Below are positions 39,401 through 40,277 of a DNA stretch of 40,277 bases, piece after piece. Each line of letters starts with the position of its first letter. The stretch's first letter is position 1. The notes under the pieces were generated by a model. It saw only the letters and a program-made list of their open reading frames with translations. It had not been told where the DNA came from and searched no databases. Source of the stretch: Candidatus Eiseniibacteriota bacterium (GTDB taxonomy: Bacteria; Arandabacterota; Arandabacteria; Arandabacterales; Arandabacteraceae); assembly GCA_043810925.1 (NCBI GenBank), contig JBDRNT010000115.1:1-40277 (forward strand), in the 5' to 3' direction. The translations under genes were made by a program, and so were the position numbers.

Positions 39401-40044
39401 TGAACGTCATGCGGGTTGGCAACGCTTCGCTCGACCATGTTAAAAAAGGCCTGGCTATCACTCGATCCCCGTCTAAACGGCCGTTTTATCTGTGACTCCT
39501 CAAGCTGCAGTCTGATTTCCACTCCTTCACAGAGCACGAGCTGCCCTGTCACAGGGTTCCAACGGAAGGGGGAGACTTCGAAACTCACGATTCTGCTGTT
39601 ACCCATGAAGCCCTCATGGGCGCCGCCGACGAGATCGGCCGGATAGAGACCGTCAAGTGAGTAAACGTCCTCCCTGCCTCCGACCCATTCGGCCTGGCTC
39701 TGACCTAAGATGGCGGGTGGCTGCGTAGGAACGATCCGGAACGTGCCATCGACCGCTGTCTCCGTGAGGCACCGTGCTTCAATGCTCCGCACGTGCGCAT
39801 CCCACGGAATCGTTACCCGGTACGCTTTCCTCGGAAGCCCGGGCAGGCCTGCCGTTGAAAGATAAACCAGGTCTTCACCCCGTATGTAGTCATAGCCCCC
39901 AACACTTTCAAAGGTGAACTCCGATATGTTGTGGGTGGTCGTCACCCGGATCTCATCCAGAGCCGTTCGCTCGACTACGGCAGCGTTCGAGACAGTTGCG
40001 AATACCGTAATACCTAATATCACAGCCGCTGCAAGGCGCTTCAT
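36490..40044 (-). CDS. Gingipain-like C25 family cysteine peptidase with propeptide and FlgD/T9SS-type C-terminal domain
   Basis: Propeptide (G.P.LP, PF.WNP), EYVIVT, VLLGGD, VFVGRAP, catalytic-type GHC (His) and SIGC (Cys), NSRYGW, LNLLGDPEM, C-terminal YPNP...IY...GRLV...WD..D..G..V..GIY. Confidence 0.9.
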   Translation of the reverse strand: MKRLAAAVILGITVFATVSNAAVVERTALDEIRVTTTHNISEFTFESVGGYDYIRGEDLVYLSTAGLPGLPRKAYRVTIPWDAHVRSIEARCLTETAVDGTFRIVPTQPPAILGQSQAEWVGGREDVYSLDGLYPADLVGGAHEGFMGNSRIVSFEVSPFRWNPVTGQLVLCEGVEIRLQLEESQIKRPFRRGSSDSQAFFNMVERSVANPHDVQAYQPATVRPRFLSPSMLPAGEYEYVIVTADSMVPYFQPLVDWKNQRGIPATSVTLEWIEANYAGDDIQMKARNFITDAYETWGIIWVLLGGDTRILPSRTVYAMDCEMGGVAGNKIRCDLYFGDLDGTWNANGVTPYGEVADSVDMYPEVFVGRAPAENIAEAIVFVDKVITYEKSPPADYALKMLMAGEVMWTSPYTDGGVGLNMIDDDCVPPRFDPILKLYESLGNESPETVLDAMSDGQNMILHDGHCNEYSMGAGTGYINYLDAGEVTNGTRTFILNSIGCWPAAIDRDCIAERFMNNPDGGCVAFIGNSRYGWGSPGNPGFGYSDKFQYEFVKSIYVNEVFPLGEAHAESKAVFVGFAGGENVYRWNEYQLNLLGDPEMPLWTDDPVSLVVTASDSVMASGDMLTVVVEDAAGVVEGALVCIMNDSDLYVKGRTDISGAVTLAVSTASPDSLLLTVSANNHVPGQRMIAVVMHGIMLAWTGAAVSDGGDGMANPGETIDLDVTVKNFGTEPDSGVWGTLRATDGLCTVTDSTVYYGQLGAGQEVTGNGFTVEFDGSFANGDVAVFDLMLTDSTSNQWTSRVPVTVAGPVLYIASYGIDDRLGGDGDWIAEPGETVLVTLEIANGGLTYTEVDAYLTGLDPQFDAEDSVTYAGQIDPGMSGYSRHKVTVSAGCPLAHLGMLEVAIDGTGGYDFADTVYFSVGDLCYMDDLESGEGTWVHAGAPDLWHLSSYRSHSDSMSWYFGSESTHEYPSNADGNIVSQDFIAGEDNRLSFWFWYDFTTYGTDGAYVIVLTNGVADTLDFIGSGGALGDRGALNIVSGWTEWDYMLAGVEPGDTVTVEFGFISDNVDVAEGIYIDDVSFRCKTPVVTGIDEVPDPAGDVAFRAYPNPARGALTISFTGRADQFAVDIYTVEGRLVNSIVKTRGAASVSWDLMDRDGSRVAPGIYLAKTRGSTYPYSGKIVVLR

Positions 40045-40117
40045 ACCTGTCTCCTTTGCTCAGATGTAAGTCGGTGGATAGACTCCACCACTATGTTTCA
40101 CACAGTACCTCACACTG

Positions 40118-40126
40118 ATTATACCA
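40118..40126 (-). promoter_or_regulatory. Extended -10 element (TGGTATAAT) upstream of the C25 peptidase
   Basis: Perfect TGnTATAAT on the minus strand about 74 nt upstream of the ATG. A TTGACT lies only 14 nt upstream, which is non-canonical spacing. Confidence 0.5.
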
Positions 40127-40277
40127 TAAAAATCACCAGTCAACCACTGGGGTCACCCATTAAGAGGCACCTGTCAATAGGGCATACGCCGCCCTCGGGG
40201 TGGGGTGATCTCACCCCTTATAACTGAGTGATCAGCGTCCAGCCATTGCCGGGACTTCGCAGGTTTTGGTGTCAGTG

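Noticed and set aside
40180-40250. TPP or c-di-GMP riboswitch
   Set aside because: Superficial GGGGTG and CTGAG words are present, but the order and the remaining conserved elements do not fit either family.
40265-40274. TTTGGTGTCA match to the transposon repeat at the window end
   Set aside because: Only 10 nt match, and it diverges before the conserved CCGAAA end. Compatible with chance.

Overview
About 40.3 kb of gene-dense chromosomal DNA from an anaerobic diderm bacterium, roughly 55-58% GC by eye. Tol-Pal, HdrABC and a gingipain-like C25 protease with an FlgD/T9SS-type tail suggest an FCB-group or similar candidate-phylum lineage (inference). From left to right: (1) a minus-strand housekeeping operon, yebC-ruvC-ruvA-ruvB-queA-tgt-yajC-def-fmt-DUF116-rsmB-PASTA-rpe (rpe truncated); (2) an uncharacterised minus-strand redox module (TIM-barrel enzyme, membrane polyferredoxin, lipoprotein, two Tat-signal DUF362 proteins), interrupted by a ~960-bp element; (3) an EF-G paralogue; (4) hdrC-hdrB-hdrA followed by a soluble fumarate-reductase-like Fe-S/flavoprotein pair, with no mvhD, flx or hydrogenase genes; (5) a divergent tolQ-tolR-tolA-tolB-pal-cpoB operon followed by a 630-aa orphan ACT-like protein; (6) accessory genes for EamA, USP, an iron-sulfur flavoprotein, an alpha/beta hydrolase, a GT-C-like membrane protein and a C25 peptidase. 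The ~960-bp element carries a RAYT-type Y1/HUH transposase between inverted arrays of a 24-bp repeat spaced at exactly 32 bp. It has an apparent TA target duplication, and removing it restores a TAG/GTG stop-start overlap. This element and a roughly 5-fold excess of the palindrome CTTAAG across the window (at least 34 copies by hand count) are the two most striking signals.
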